In this document: positions 29,262-44,284 of the stretch, one piece after another | Layout: each line of letters begins with the position of its first letter | Numbering within the stretch: the stretch's first letter is position 1 | Origin: the human T2T-CHM13v2.0 reference genome, Homo sapiens | NCBI RefSeq assembly: GCF_009914755.1 | Contig: NC_060937.1 | Direction: 5' to 3' (one strand) | DNA: 64,000 bases | Translations under genes and position numbers: made by a program | The notes under the pieces: model-generated | The model's database searches: none | Seen by the model: the letters and a program-made list of their open reading frames with translations, nothing else | What the model was told of the DNA's origin: nothing

Positions 29262-30396
29262 TGAATGTCTTTGAACATGTCTTTTGTTGCATATATGTAT
29301 GCATTTCTGCTGGGTATGTACCTAGGAGTGGAAAGCAGAATCATAGTGTATACATATGTTTAGATTTGGAAGATACTGCTAGTTTTCCTGTGGGTCAGGC
29401 ATTTAAGAGCAGTTTAGCTGGGTGATTCTGGCCTAGAGTCTCTCATGTGGTTGTACTCAGGATGTCAGGGACCACAGTCATCTTCAGGCTTTACTGGGAT
29501 TGGAAGACTCACAGTGCTGTTGGCAGGAAGCCTCAGCTCCTCACCACGGAGCTGCCTCCTGACATAGCAGCTATTACAGCTTCCCCCAGGTGAGTGGTCC
29601 AAGAATGTTGCAGTCCTTTTAATTTTAGTCATTCTAGCAGATGTGTGGTGATATATTTTTGTGATTTCAGTTCACATTTCCTTGATGACAAATGAGATTG
29701 AGTAGGTTTTCATTTATTGGTTTGTTGTTTTGGTTTTCTTAAAAATATTTATAACCTATTTTAAATTTTTATTAGCTCTTTATTTTTTGAATATTCATTT
29801 TTCCTGACATCCTGTTTTCATTTTGTGGATGCGATATTTTTTATCCCTCTCATATTGAGGATAGTTTCTTCACTACCTGCCTCTTCTACCCACCCCCCAG
29901 GTTTTATTTCTCTACACAGTTTATGTTTCTTCTGAGTTCCTTTTTACCTCTTTGTTTTCTGCTTTTGATGTCAGGAGTTTTCCTTACATATCTCTAAGCC
30001 TTTGATTATCTGTTTGGATTTAAGATCCAGCTTTTTAAAAGCTGATTGGAGTCTCGGGATGAGGTCCTCGATGACCATGGGCTCTGTCATAAGGTCCCCT
30101 GGTGAGGATGTTTGGGAATGCCAGTGTCAGGATCTGTGCATTTGTTTCTTCCCTGCTCACCACCAATGGGTTGGTCAGATTCCCCAGATCATACTCTCCA
30201 CTCTAATACCTGTAGGGTGTAAGCCTGGGAGTCTTAACATTTACTAATAAACCTTGACTTGAGTGGACAAATTTTGATTTTTAGTATTGTATTTGTACTG
30301 TCAGTGGTGTCTGTGAGTCCCTCCAGTCTCAAGACCTTCCGTTTTTCTGCTTCTAAATAATAAATCTCCAGCCATCTGCCAAGATGGGGAGAGGCA

Positions 30397-31128
30397 GTGA
30401 GGGGTGTTTTCCAACGCTAACAAGTAGTACTCCAGTTCTTCTGAGTGTCCAGCAGTTCAATTCAGTTCTGACACTTTCTACCTGGAGTTAGTATCAGATC
30501 CTACAAGTCAAAGAGCTCAGTCTCAGAAGACTGTCTCCACTTCAGATGCCAGTCACACGTTTCAGGACATCTGTTCTTCTGACTGACCCGCTGTAAATTG
30601 GGGGTTCCCACAAGGTCTGTACCCCCACCAGGTCTGATACATTTGCAGGAACGTCTCACAGAACTCAGGAACGTATTTTACTTACGTTTATTGGTTTATT
30701 ATAAAGGATACAACGCAGGAACAGCCAAATGGAAGGGCAAGGTGCGAGGGTGGGTGAGAGTGCACGGAGCTCTCGTGCCTTCTGTGGGCACCCCACCCTC
30801 TCAGCACTTCCATGTATTCACCAACCCAGAAGCTGTCTGAATTTCACTGCAGAAGAGTTTTTATAGGGCTCCATCTCCCACCACCCCACTTCCTGGAGGC
30901 TGGTGGGTGGTGCTGAAAGTTCCACCCCTCTAGTCACTTGGTCTTCCTGCTGGTCGGCCAGCTCCATCTGAGGCTATCCAGGGGCTCTACCTAAATAACC
31001 CATTAGGGTAAATTCAGATGTGGTTGAAAGGGGCTCATTATGAAGAAGAAAAGGCACTTCTGTCACTTAGGTGATGCCGAAGATTTTTTGGGAGCCAAAC
31101 ACCAAATACATTTTTGTAGAATACCACA
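30397..31128 (-). mobile_element. MER21-like solo LTR
   Basis: CAATTCAGTTCTGACACTTTCTACCTGGAGTTAGTATCAGATCC...TTTATTATAAAGGATACAAC...CTGAAAGTTCCACCCCTCTAGTCAC; ends ...ATACCACA. Confidence 0.8.
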
Positions 31129-31487
31129 GCCAGCCAGCAGGTGGGTAGAGTTCAGGGGGTGGCTGTGCAGTGCTCTGCCTTCCTCTTAGCACTTCTGGAA
31201 AGCCCTGGCCCTGCAACCTTTGGGAAGTCAAATGTTAATCAGGTTGCCTCTCAGATTTCACCACTGGTGGCTTAGTATTTGGTTTTCTCAGGTTTGCCAA
31301 GATAGCTACCCTGTATAGTGTTGCTGTTTTCTAACTTAGAAAAATTTTTAGGATCATCTACTCTTCATCTTTGTGGGCTTATACCTTTAAAAAAAATCCT
31401 TTTAATGTCACTCTTATGAGATTTTAGGAAAGAACAGAGGAGATAAATATGTATGTTCAAACTACCATCTTTAAAAGGCAATATTAA

Positions 31488-31793
<306 letters not shown>

Positions 31794-33848
31794 TAAAAGG
31801 CAATATTGGTTTTTAAAAAGGTGTGTGTTTTAAGAATACTTGCAGTTGTGAAATCATTTTTTTCTCCATTGATAGTTACCTCTACAATCATTCAGACATT
31901 TTATTAAGGCCATTTTACATTGTGTCATCCTCCAGCATCACTCTCTTACTTGAAATAAAATAGGCCTTGTAATCACTGTGCTCTATTGTCTCACTTTCTG
32001 GGCCTACTTACTGGGGCTTTGAGTATTTCAGGCACTCTTGCCCCATCCCCTCTGTCACCACCCGCAAGCCTCATCAAGCCTCTAATCTGGAGGTGGGTGG
32101 TGGTAAATGAGCAAGAGGGAACTTGCTTAGTCTCGGGATCCATCTGTAGGAACATAACGTTCTTCTAATATCTGCAGATACCCAGTTTCTGCAGGATAAA
32201 TTTCCTCATGGTCTCCCCATAGAAGGGCCTTTCCTGCTGTTCTCGATGAGCAGATTAATGTAGGGCACAGGTCTTACCTTCTCCATGTTTTCCAGTTCTG
32301 CCTCTTGCATTGCACAGGATAAAGCTTTCCAGGACTAGGCACAGATAATTTCGGAAGCTAAGAAATAGCTGTGATGGTGACACCAACATTATTCTGTGGA
32401 TTAATTTGGTTATTTAGACCTATTTAAAAGAATCCATTATAGGTATTTTATGTAATATTTTTCTTAAATTTGTAGTCCTGTGTGTGGCTTTCATTTGGGC
32501 TATGCTATTATTAATTAACTGTTACCACATTATTAATACATGTGGCAATAGAGTTGGTACCAGGCAGTGGTATTCACTTTCTCGGGCGCGTGAAGGGATT
32601 GCCTGTCTGGAGGTGAGGGCTAGTCAGAGAGTAGCAGCACACCTACAATCATCTGTGGTCATCTCGAATTGCAACCGTTGGAGTATTTTTAAGGGAAGTG
32701 GGTATTGTGGGCAAAGTTAGCAATAAGTGACAGTTAGCTTTCTAAATTATTGTGTCTCTGCTTTGAATTTGGGCTAAATAGCCAACATATAAATAATCAT
32801 CATAGCTTGAAAAATGATCAGTGTCTTTAAAAGTGAAAAAAAGTGATATTTCTCAACCTAAAAATAGGACTACCTGGATCTCCAAATTTGAAGCGATCAC
32901 ATTAACATGTTTGGAATAATAGATTAGATAAGTTGAATGGATAGATATTTTAGATATCTTCTCTCCTTTAATTCCTATTTAAAAAATAAACTTTGTTGAT
33001 AGGGTTATATCTGTTTTACTGGTACGAAAACATTTTTAGAGAGACTAAGAAATCTGTCCAGGAACATATAACTCAGTTGAAATTTTAACCTACATCACTT
33101 GAATCTAAAACCGCCATGCCTCCAAGTCAAGGTAAAGCAACAGAAACTGTCAGGCTTATGGTTCCTCATGATCATCAGTTTGCAGAGAATTATATTTCTG
33201 AGTATTGATTATAACAAATGTGTGTGAATGTTGACTTTCCTTCATGAGTTACTCAGTATTTATACTGAGAAAAGTAGACTTTAGTCTGCTGTTGTGTAGC
33301 CAAAGCCTTTGGATTTTAAGCTGTTCCCTTTCTCCTTCCTTTTCCCACCTCCCTCTCGGCTTGCCACCTCTTTTCTCCTTTTCCCCCTTTTCTTACCCCT
33401 TTATCTCCCCTGCTTTTGCACTGATCCCCACTCCTCTTCCCCTCCCAACAGTACCTACTGGTTTGGTTAGCCCTACCGGGGATTTTAGTAAATAAATACT
33501 TAAATGCTTGAATGTGATTGCACAGAGCAAAGTTGACTAATAAAAAGTTGATCAAAATTTGTATCTAGAATGAAGGATGTGAGAGAATAAACTGCCACCA
33601 TTCAAGTGTTTCAAGAGAAGCTTAAAGGTAATTTTTTGCAGAAGCTGTCTTTGACTACCCCCACCCTCAGACTAGGTCACAGTCTCTTGTGATATGCTTT
33701 CTTAGAACATTTTTCTTTCTTATAGCACTCATCACTATAGATAGTAAATAAGATGTAACAAATGATTTGATACCTGCCACCTCCACTAGAATACAGACTT
33801 TGTGCCAGGAGGAGACTGTGTTAGTTTGTCTCACTAATGATGCCTCAC

Positions 33849-34185
33849 TGCCTTAGCCTGTTCAGGCTCCTCTAACAAAATGCCCTAGACTGTGTGACTT
33901 ATAAACAACCGAAATTTATTTCTCACAGTTCTGGAGGCTGAGAAGTCCAGGATCAAGGCACTGGCAGATTTGGTGTTTGGGGCTGTCTTTTCGTGGTGTC
34001 CTCACATGGCAGAAAGCAGAGAGTTCAATGGGTTCCCTTTTATAAGGGCACTAATCCTATTTGTGAAGACTCTACCCTCATGACCTAATCACCACTCAAA
34101 AGCCCCACCTCCTAAGAGCATCACACTGGGGGTTAGGATTTTAACATGTGAATTTGGAGAGGACAGAAACATTCAGTTGATAGCA
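33849..34185 (-). mobile_element. MLT1A MaLR solo LTR inside an L2 fragment
   Basis: TG...CA termini; GAAATTTATTTCTCACAGTTCTGGAGGCTGAGAAGTCCAGGATCAAGGCACTGGCAGATT. Confidence 0.88.
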
Positions 34186-35026
34186 CTTGGTTAGCATAGT
34201 GGCTCCCACATAGTGGACACAACTGTGAGATGGATGGATTGATAGAGCAAATAGATTAATGAAAAGTATTTGATCTTTTGATTTCATCTCCTTTGGTTTG
34301 GACTATTGCTGTAGCCTCCTAACTGTTCTCCCTGTCACCATCTCAATGCCATCATCTGCACTGCCCCACTCCCCTAATTTTATCTACAAAGGAGATCTGG
34401 TCTTATTCCTTTACACCTTGAGAAATCTCCTATGGCTTCCTCCTGCTGTTTTATAAAGTTTAACTTGCTTGTGACACACCTCAGAGCTCCAGCCAATCTT
34501 CCCAGCCTCATTTTCTGTCATTCCTTCCTTGTACTCTGCATGTCAGCTAAATTGCATTACTCACTACTGCCTGTCACGCATACATCATTACAGATTTCTC
34601 TGGATTCATTTATTACGACAATTGTGGTTACAACATCCCTTCTCCCCTTTGCTTGACAAACTTCTACCAAGAAAACAAGGAGAACTTCAAGTGTCCCCTT
34701 GGGTAGCTCTGCTCCACGAAACCCTGCTCCAGCCAGAGTTGGAATTAACCTCTCCTTCCTTCTTGCTCCCAGTTAACTTTGTGCTTGTAAGTTATGTGAA
34801 ACATTCATTACTTGAGATGGTAATTATTTACCTAATTGACCACTCTCTCAACTGGATGCTTTTGAAAGAGCAGGATCTTACTCTCTCTTACAGCTCCCTC
34901 AGCATGGAGTAGTGAAGAGTGTTCTTTAATACCAAAGGGACAAAGAAAGCTGACTGGGATCGGTCTGCCACATGCTAGTTGCTTCAGTTATTTTTTTGCA
35001 CTAAATTATTGTGTCTCTGCTAATGT

Positions 35027-35103
35027 CCTTTTTCCTTTCTTCCTTCCCTCCCTTCTTCCTTCCTTCTTCTTTCCCTCTCTCTCTCTCTCTCTCTCTCTTT
35101 CTC
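35027..35103. repeat. Polypyrimidine (CCTT)n/(CT)n tract
   Basis: CCTTTTTCCTTTCTTCCTTCCCTCCCTTCTTCC...CTCTCTCTCTCTCTCTCTCTCT. Confidence 0.85.
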
Positions 35104-35134
35104 ACTCAGTAAGCTACCTCAAATCTGTTACTTA

Positions 35135-35528
<394 letters not shown>

Positions 35529-36271
35529 TTAAGGATTGAAATGTGGACTTATAAAATCATTTCCAGCATCTTACCTAAGAGAGGAGCATATAATCCATTC
35601 ATTCTTATATTCACAAGATATCTCCTTTCTCAACCAAAAAGTTCTCACACTTTGGGCTCAGTTCAGTATTTGGGTGTTGGATACCATGTGTCCGGCATTG
35701 TACTTGGTACTATGTCACCTTGGTAGTCAGCAAGCACACGCCAGGCTCATCCCAGACACTCTGCAGGTGTGCCACTTTCTCTCCTTAGAACAGCCCTGGA
35801 AGGTGAGAACTCGCATCTACTTTGAGGAAACAGGCTCAGAAACCTTCAGCGCTATTTTCTATAAATTGATAAAAGAAAAATCATGATGTTAGAAGATACA
35901 TAACAAGAGGAAGAGGCTTTTCTTGTCTCACTTATGTCTTGACATTGCCTGAGGACTGATTAGGAACTGAGATTGCCAATCATTTTAACAAGATTTTAGT
36001 AATGTTTGAAGATCTGTGCCTTCTGAATCAAAGTGGCGTGCAGAGGTACTTACCTTATGGATTGCTGGCTAATTGTGAAAGGAGACTCAGGCTTTTAACA
36101 CTGCAGGAATTTCAAACTGCGGTCTCAGTGGCCAGAGTGTCTTACCAGGGAGCAGACCTAATGTATCCAGTTTAAAAGGGCGTGTAAGCTGTTGCCAGAA
36201 GTCTACATGAAGCCACATGATAAGTGATTTTGTATTTGAACATGAAGGGCAGTGGCATCATTGACCTAAGC

Positions 36272-36503
36272 TAGAGTTTCCTCACCCTCAGCACTTTTGA
36301 CATTTTAGTTGCATAACCCTTTGCGGTGGGGGCGGTCCCGTGCACTGCAGGGTGGCTGGCAGCATCACTGGCCTCCACCCAGTGTATGCTGTTAGCAAAA
36401 CCTCCTTTCCCCAGTCTTACCCCAGTCATGACAACTAAAAATGTCTCCAGATAATGCCAAATGACACTTGGGGGGGCAAAATCACCCATGATGGAGAGTC
36501 ATG
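36272..36503 (-). mobile_element. MER20 (hAT-Charlie)
   Basis: GACAACTAAAAATGTCTCCAGATAATGCCAAATGACACTTGGGGGGGCAAAATCACCC is the reverse of the MER20 5' consensus. Confidence 0.85.
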
Positions 36504-37958
36504 ACATGCATGATGCTGGGTGGTAGATAGAACCCTGGAAAGAGTTAGCCCACACCCTTGAGGAGCTCATGACCTAGGAAGCTTGTTGAGAACTTTTGAC
36601 TAGGTAGAATATTTCTAGTAGTTGACTGAAATAGCTTTGGTTGAGGCTATTAGTAAAAATTTGTTTTAAAGAGGTTTAACATCTGTTTTCATTTCTGCTT
36701 TTCTGAGTTGCTTTGCTGCTCAATTCCTTTTATTTTAGCTGTCTTCCTCTTGGGACTTCAAACATTTGAGTGTGTCAAAATTTCCAGTCTAATAGGAAAT
36801 ATGTTTTGTTCAAAAAGAAATAAAGATATTTATAACTGTTGGGCTAGAATGATGGAAGTTTAACGCTGGTTAAGTGAGACTCAGGTAACAGACAGCAAAG
36901 GAGATACTTTAATAGTGAAGGGAACTTGAAGTCTGGTTGTATTCAAGATTCACTTCCTGTTCTTGTTTATCACTGGAAAGTTGCACCTTGTGAAAGATTT
37001 TAGATTTAGATCATTGTATTGTTCTAAGAAAAAAAATTCAAAATGCTAACCATGTCTTGGTAACTATAGCAAAATATACAGCACACAAAAATAATCTCAT
37101 ACCTGTCTTAGGGTTGGATTTTTTGGTATATGTTATGTGTTGAGTTCTGAAATATCTAATGTGCTTGAAATCTAATGTGCTTTTGTTATCTGAACTAAAG
37201 GAAAAAGGCTTTGTCAGTTACAAGAGAATAGGCATCCCTGTTTTGGCTGGATTGTTAGTTGAAGTAATAGAATGAATTCTGGCTGATTCAGCAGAAAGGG
37301 AATTTATTAAAGTAGCTCAGAGAATATTTAGGAAGGCAAATAATCAGTCATGGGTACACCAGAGCTAGAATCAACACTTTACAGTTCTCTCTCCTAAAAT
37401 TATTTTGTTTACTTACTTAATGTTTAATATTGGCTTCTAGGATGTAGGATTCAGAGAGCAACTTGGTCTGTGTGGTTTTCAGCTGTTATTCCAGTGTGTA
37501 GAATAGCAGCTGGTTCATAGAGACACTTGATAATTATTTGCTGTATAAATAAATGACAATACCAAGGATAGGTTTGTTAATATCAGTGACAATATGAAGG
37601 AAAAATATGGAGTAACATTATGAAATGTTAACATTACGCATTCCATTTGGAGATTTTTTTTTGACAGCAGGATTTACCCTTTCTCTTAAGAAATCTTAAT
37701 AAATTTATATTGAACAATTTTGTACCGTAGAGCCTTGTTTGACATATGTTCCTGATTTAAATGAATAGCCAGATTTAAATGAATAGCCACAAGCAGACTT
37801 GCAAGAGTAGATGTTGCTATTGCTGTGTTCTACATGAGAAAGCTGAGGGTCTGAGGATTGAGTCACTAAGTGACGGCTACTTAAGTGGCAAGCCTGGATG
37901 GAAACTCATGCCTGTCTGAATTGTGGCTCAGACATTTCCTTAATGCCTTAATGCCACC

Positions 37959-38266
37959 TTTTTTTTTTTTTTTTTTTTTTTTTTTTGAGACTGAGTCTTG
38001 CTCTTTTACCCAGGCCAGAGTGCAGTGGTGCTATCTCGGCTCACTGCAGCCTCTGCCTCCCGGGTTCAAGCTATTCTCCTGCCTCAGCCTCCTGAGTAGC
38101 TGAAATTACAGGCGTGTGCCACCACGCCCAGCTAATTTTTGTATTTTTAATAGAGACGGTGTTTCACCATGTAGGTCAGGCTGGTCTCAAACTCCTGACC
38201 TCGTGATCTGTCTGCCTTGGCCTCCCAAAGTGCTGGGATAACAGGCGTGAGCCACCACGCCTGGCC
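37959..38266 (-). mobile_element. AluS (Sg/Sc-like)
   Basis: Full dimer, long poly(T); TSD AATGCCAC at 37950-37957 and 38267-38274. Confidence 0.93.
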
Positions 38267-38619
38267 AATGCCACTTTATTTTTAAAGGTAAAACAGTCTA
38301 GTTAATGGTCACTATAGCAGGAAGCAACTTGAGCATTTTAACTTGCCAGACTGAGGCTGTGTATTTCAACTTTAGCAATGTAAATGTCCAAAGACAACTT
38401 ATATGATTGTATTCAAACTTTGCTGCTAAAATAAGAAGTACAAATAAACACACAATGCAAAGAAAAAAAGTTCCAATTGGGGGGAAGTGCCCCCATGAAT
38501 GGGGCCTGAAGAAGCACTATATGACACTCCAGTTATTTAGCTATTACTTGTATTTTCATTTAATAGACTGAAGAAACTGCTGTTTCTTTTCAGTAGCTAC
38601 CAAATGCTGCCACTTATGT

Positions 38620-39480
38620 TTTATACTTTTTGAAAATTTTAAAATAGTTCTGGTTTATAGAAAAGTTGCAAGGATAAAACAAAGAACTCCCATATACCCT
38701 AAAACCAGATGCCCCCGTTATTAACATTTTCCGCATTTGCTGTTATCATTTTCTCTCTACACAGTATTTTTTCTGAATCATTTGAAAGCAAGTTGTAGAC
38801 ATAATGTCCCTTTGACTCCAAAATACCATGAGTATGTATTACTTTATTCACATCTGGCAATTGTCCAAATAATGTCCTTTATGGCAAAAAGGAAAATCAA
38901 AATTCTAGTCCATCGTCTGGTTCAGTATTACATGTTGCATTTCATTGGTACATCCCCTTACTGTTTAATCCGGACTGTTCCTCAGTCTGTCTTGGGCGAC
39001 CTTGGCATTTTTGAAGACTGTAAGCCAGGACTTACAGAAAACGATACATATTCTAAGGCTGCTGGAAAATTAAAGTTTGTGAAGGTGAAGCAGTAGATGA
39101 AAATAATGTGTAGTTTTCGTATTTCTCTTGGAATAACATTTTATAACTTTTTCATGAAAAATTTCAGTGACACAAGCAGAGAGAATAAAATGAGCCCTAT
39201 TACCCAGATTCAGTAATTAACATTTTTGCTATCCTCTTTCCATTCCCTGGCATTTTAAAAGTATTTTGAAGCAATTTCCAGACATCATAATATCATATTT
39301 CATATTTCAGAAAGCTCTAAAATGGCATTTCTTATATAACCATAATGTTACCTTACCTAACAAAATTATTCATAATTCTGTAATATTATTTACTACTGAA
39401 ACTACTGTTTCCACATTTATCCTATTAGCTTGGAAATGCCCTTTTACATTTGCTTTTGCATTCGATTGTGGTGTGTCTTA
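38620..39480 (-). mobile_element. Degraded L1MC-like 3' fragments
   Basis: TAGAAAAGTTGCAAGGATAAAACAAAGAACTCCCATATACCCT...CTGAATCATTTGAAAGCAAGTTGTAGACAT. Confidence 0.6.
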
Positions 39481-39484
39481 AGTA

Positions 39485-39541
39485 GCTGCTGCTGCTGCTG
39501 CTGCTCCTCCTGCTCCTCCTCTTCCTCCTCTTCTTCCTCCC
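39485..39541. repeat. Compound trinucleotide microsatellite (GCT)7 grading into (CCT)/(CTT)
   Basis: GCTGCTGCTGCTGCTGCTGCTCCTCCTGCTCCTCCTCTTCCTCCTCTTCTTCCTCC. Confidence 0.9.
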
Positions 39542-39620
39542 TTTGGTAGAGTATTTTTGTACTTTATTAGAATGGTATGGTGGGTATACTAGATTAACTG
39601 GCTCATTATTTATTATTACC

Positions 39621-40448
<828 letters not shown>

Positions 40449-40709
40449 GAACTGCTAATCAAAAGAATGTAACATTTATATTTGACTTCAAATGTATATA
40501 TACAAAGCAACATACCTGGATCTGAAACATTTAGATTTGAACTGGGACATAGTTCTTCCTTGTGGTCCTTTGTGTTAGGAGATCAAGTTCCTCAAAGAAC
40601 ATTGTGTGTGTGTTTATGAAGCCTTGCTGATCTTTTCATGTGGCTTTCTGGTATAACCTATTCTTTGCTGGTGACTTTGTTACCACCAGCCATCTCTTAT
40701 TAGGACTTC

Positions 40710-41010
40710 TTTTTTTTAATATTTATTTATTTTTAATTTTTTTCCCACTTTTAGGTTCGGGGGGTACATATGCAGGTTTATTACATGGGTAAATTGTGTG
40801 TCACTCAGGCTTGGGGTACAAATGAGCCCATCACCCAGGTAGTGACCATAGTACCCCATATGTGGCTTTTCAACCTCCATCACCCCACACTCCCCCAACA
40901 AGCAGTCCCCAGTGTCTATTCTGTTGTTCCTATCTTCGTGTCCATGTGTATTCAATGTTTAGCTCCCACTTATACGTACAAACATGCAGAATTTAGTTTG
41001 CTGTTGCCAC
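40710..41010 (-). mobile_element. L1PA/L1PB 3'UTR end fragment
   Basis: TTTTAGGTTCGGGGGTACATATGCAGGTTTATTACATGGGTAAATTG...CAATGTTTAGCTCCCACTTATA. Confidence 0.88.
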
Positions 41011-41665
41011 GTTATTCTTAGGACTCCTTGAAGGTCTGCTGAGACTCCCCTCACATGTAACCTTAGAATGTGGCCAGTGCGCGTCCCATTCTCCTATGAT
41101 TTGAATTGCTGTGCTTAACTGATTGGAGATGGAGACTGGTAACTGTGTCTCAGTTCTTTCTGAATCCATCCCTGAATTTCTGCCTCTACCCCCGATGTAA
41201 CAAGAGTAAGGGCATGTGTTAGAGAACATACTTACCATTTTTAGAAATTTATTACAGAAATTTTCAAATATACATAAATACAGAGAGAATGGTATAATGA
41301 CTACCATGTACCCATCACCTTTTAATCATTTTTTCAAACACACAAACTTCAAATAATTTGACAGTTGGATCCCTAATGGGACACTGGTTTCCATTTTTCA
41401 TTTTACCATGTGGTTCCTAAAATCTGCATGGTGTTAGCCTGCAGTGTCCCTCAACCCTGCCCTTGCCTCAGATTTGCCAGTATCTCTACGGGCCTCCCCA
41501 GAGGCCTGAGTGTCAGGTGCAGGCACAGGCAGGTACCAGGTTTCAAGTAGAGCTCATAGGAGATTGTTGGGACTGAGAACCAGGATTGCCTTGATCTCTT
41601 GTCACATGTGTATCAGGCCTGTGGGTCTGTTTTGATAATGTCGTCTTCTTAACTGCTGTTCTTTT

Positions 41666-42018
41666 TTTTTTAAATTTTGAGACAGGGTCTCACTCTCACC
41701 CAGGCTGAAGTGCAGTGGCACGATCATGACTAACTGCAGCCTTGACTTGCTGAGCTCAGGTGATTCTCCCACACCAGCCTCAGTTCTTTCTGAACCCATC
41801 CCTGAACTTCTGCCTCCACCCCATGTTGTAACAAGAGTAAGGAAAAATATCTTTCTTTCTTCTTTTTTTTTTCTTTCTTTTTTTTTTTTTTTTTTTTTGG
41901 TAGAGACGAGGTTTCGCCATGTTGCCCAGGCTGATCTCCAATTCCTGGGCTCAAGTGAGCCTCCTGTCTCAGCCTGCCAAAGTGCTGGGATTATAGGCGT
42001 GAGCCACCACGTGCAGCC
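41666..42018 (-). mobile_element. AluJ with an internal non-Alu insertion
   Basis: Both arms present; 17-bp TSD TTAACTGCTGTTCTTTT at 41649-41665 and 42019-42035; 41779-41842 is a copy of 41149-41211. Confidence 0.88.
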
Positions 42019-43884
42019 TTAACTGCTGTTCTTTTAACAAACCAATAATGTTCAACTTTAGGACCTTCTTGCCCTTGCTCCCTTACTGGGGAAAATAATA
42101 AGCAATAATACATGAAATGGCACTTGCATATACTTTCATTACTCTCTTGAACATATAATATATGATATGCTAAAACATACTGTTTGCATTTATTTTTATA
42201 GGCTAATATAGGCAGTAACCTTATACATTTTTACTATGTAGCCCCTGCCAAAAAATTTGATACTTCATGCCAGGACTTGATGGGAAAATTGTGGGACTGC
42301 TGCCCTCAAGCAATAAGAACGTATCAAAATGTTACTTTTTTTAGATTAGGTCTCAAACCTTTTGTAGCCTCCATGTAGTTTCATTCTGACACACTTTTTT
42401 CTTCTCAAAATCTGCCTGGGAAAAGTCATTCTTGTACAGAAACCAGAAATAAATGTTTTAACACTCTGAGAAAATGGATAAAAGCCAATCAGAAAAGCAC
42501 TTGAGTTCTTGTTTTGGATCAGTTGCAGTAGGTGCCATGTGGGGCAGAAAGTAACGTGGCCCCTGCTCTGGAGTGGTTTTCAGTTGAGTGGACAGGATGT
42601 CTAAGAGCATTACTAACTACGAGAAGCCACACAGTTAGCATGCAGATAGACAACAGCTTTAAAATTTTTGAGGAAGGTGAACTCTTGAAACAAAAAGGAA
42701 ATAATTTATTGTATTGCCCTCTTAAACAGCTTCTTCTTTCTAACAACTACAGTATTGCCAGGATTTCTCTCCATTTGGATATGCATTATCAGAGATAAAG
42801 TAGCATAGCAGTCATATGCTGCTTTTTTACATGTGGAAGGAAATGGAAAAGCTAGTGGTGCTCCTCTTATACTCTCAACAGAAAAGTTTCATTTTGGAAA
42901 ATAAATCCTGACTGATTTAAATGTCATTCTAATTTCTAATTTAATATATTTTCCATGATTAGCATTTTAGTACCAAGCAAGTATTAGTTATCTGTTGCTG
43001 CCTAACAAATTATGACATGTAATAATATCAACCTCTTACCATACTTAAAAACTACAAATCATATAATCTCCTCAGCTAATATTTGATGACCTATAGTCAA
43101 CATGTATTTTTTGGAGCACTGTCTATGTTCAGGGTGTCATGCCCAGTGCTATCCAGAATAGAAAGAAGGAAAAGCTAGTGTCTCTTCCCCAATGGAGTTT
43201 ATGTTTCATTTGAGGGATACAAGAATATTGCACATGAAATAATAGACCATAGACCGTACGATGGCTGGCAAAGAGCTTGCCTATTATCTAACACTTACTT
43301 CACTGACAAGACAATTGAAGTCTAGAAAGGCTCAAAGACTGGACAAAGTGGGATGGAGCTGGGTTGGAGTCTGACAGAACCAGGCCACCCATCTCCAGGC
43401 CAGTGTCTTTTTTCTTCCTTTGTTGTAAGATCTAAATTAAAACTATGTGGCATATACTGTAAAAGCCAGATAAGTTGAGGAAAGGAAGATGGATGGCTTT
43501 GAGTAGTCAAAGAAGGATTAAGGGAGGCGGTGTGATTTGGATGTAAGTGTAAACAAGAAGGGGAGGAAGCAGGAGAATCCCACTAGAGAGAACCAAACAT
43601 TTTATCCACAGGACAGACAAAACCAACTAGACAAACTTGAAAGGCCCATATTGGGCAATGGAGATAAATCAGGTTGGAGGGAGTCGAAAGTGTGGGAGAG
43701 GAACTTGGACTTGATGTGGTAGATCATGGGGAACTATTCTCAATCCCTGAGCATGAAATGACACAATGAAAGTGGGATTAAGGAAGATTGTTTGCCAAGA
43801 GAACTGGATAGTGTCTGCATTTTTCTTTTCTTACACTCTGTGTATTGGTCTTTTTTTTTTCATTCCAAGTAGGTTAAACACTGT

Positions 43885-44225
43885 TTTAATCAGAACAGGT
43901 TAGCTTATGTTGCAGCCACGAAATAACCCTGAAATCACAGTGGCTTAATCCACAGTGTGTTTCTTGTTTGCACACTTGTCTAATGCAGTTGGGTGGGGCA
44001 TGGGGTGGGAGTTCTCACTTACTCATTCAGGGACCCAGGCTGACAAAGGTGCCACCATCTAGAACATTGCCAAACACTGTGGCAGAGGAGAATGCCACTC
44101 CCTCTCACCTCGGGCTGGAAGTGACACACGCGTCTTTTGCCCCCAACCCATTGGTCAGAGGTAGTCACCTGCTCTTCCTCCCCACCCCCAAGGAACTTGA
44201 GGATATTTGGTGAGCAGTGTGTGTC
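43885..44225 (-). mobile_element. MLT1 (K-like) MaLR LTR fragment
   Basis: CAGGTTAGCTTATGTTGCAGCCACGAAATAACCCTGAAATCACAGTGGCTTAA...CTCATTCAGGGACCCAGGCTGAC...CCATTGGTCAGAGGTAGTCAC. Confidence 0.7.
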
Positions 44226-44284
44226 TCTTTTAAGGCTTTCTGAGGACCTGGAACATATCTGTTTATTTGTTTAAGAGAGAAAAT

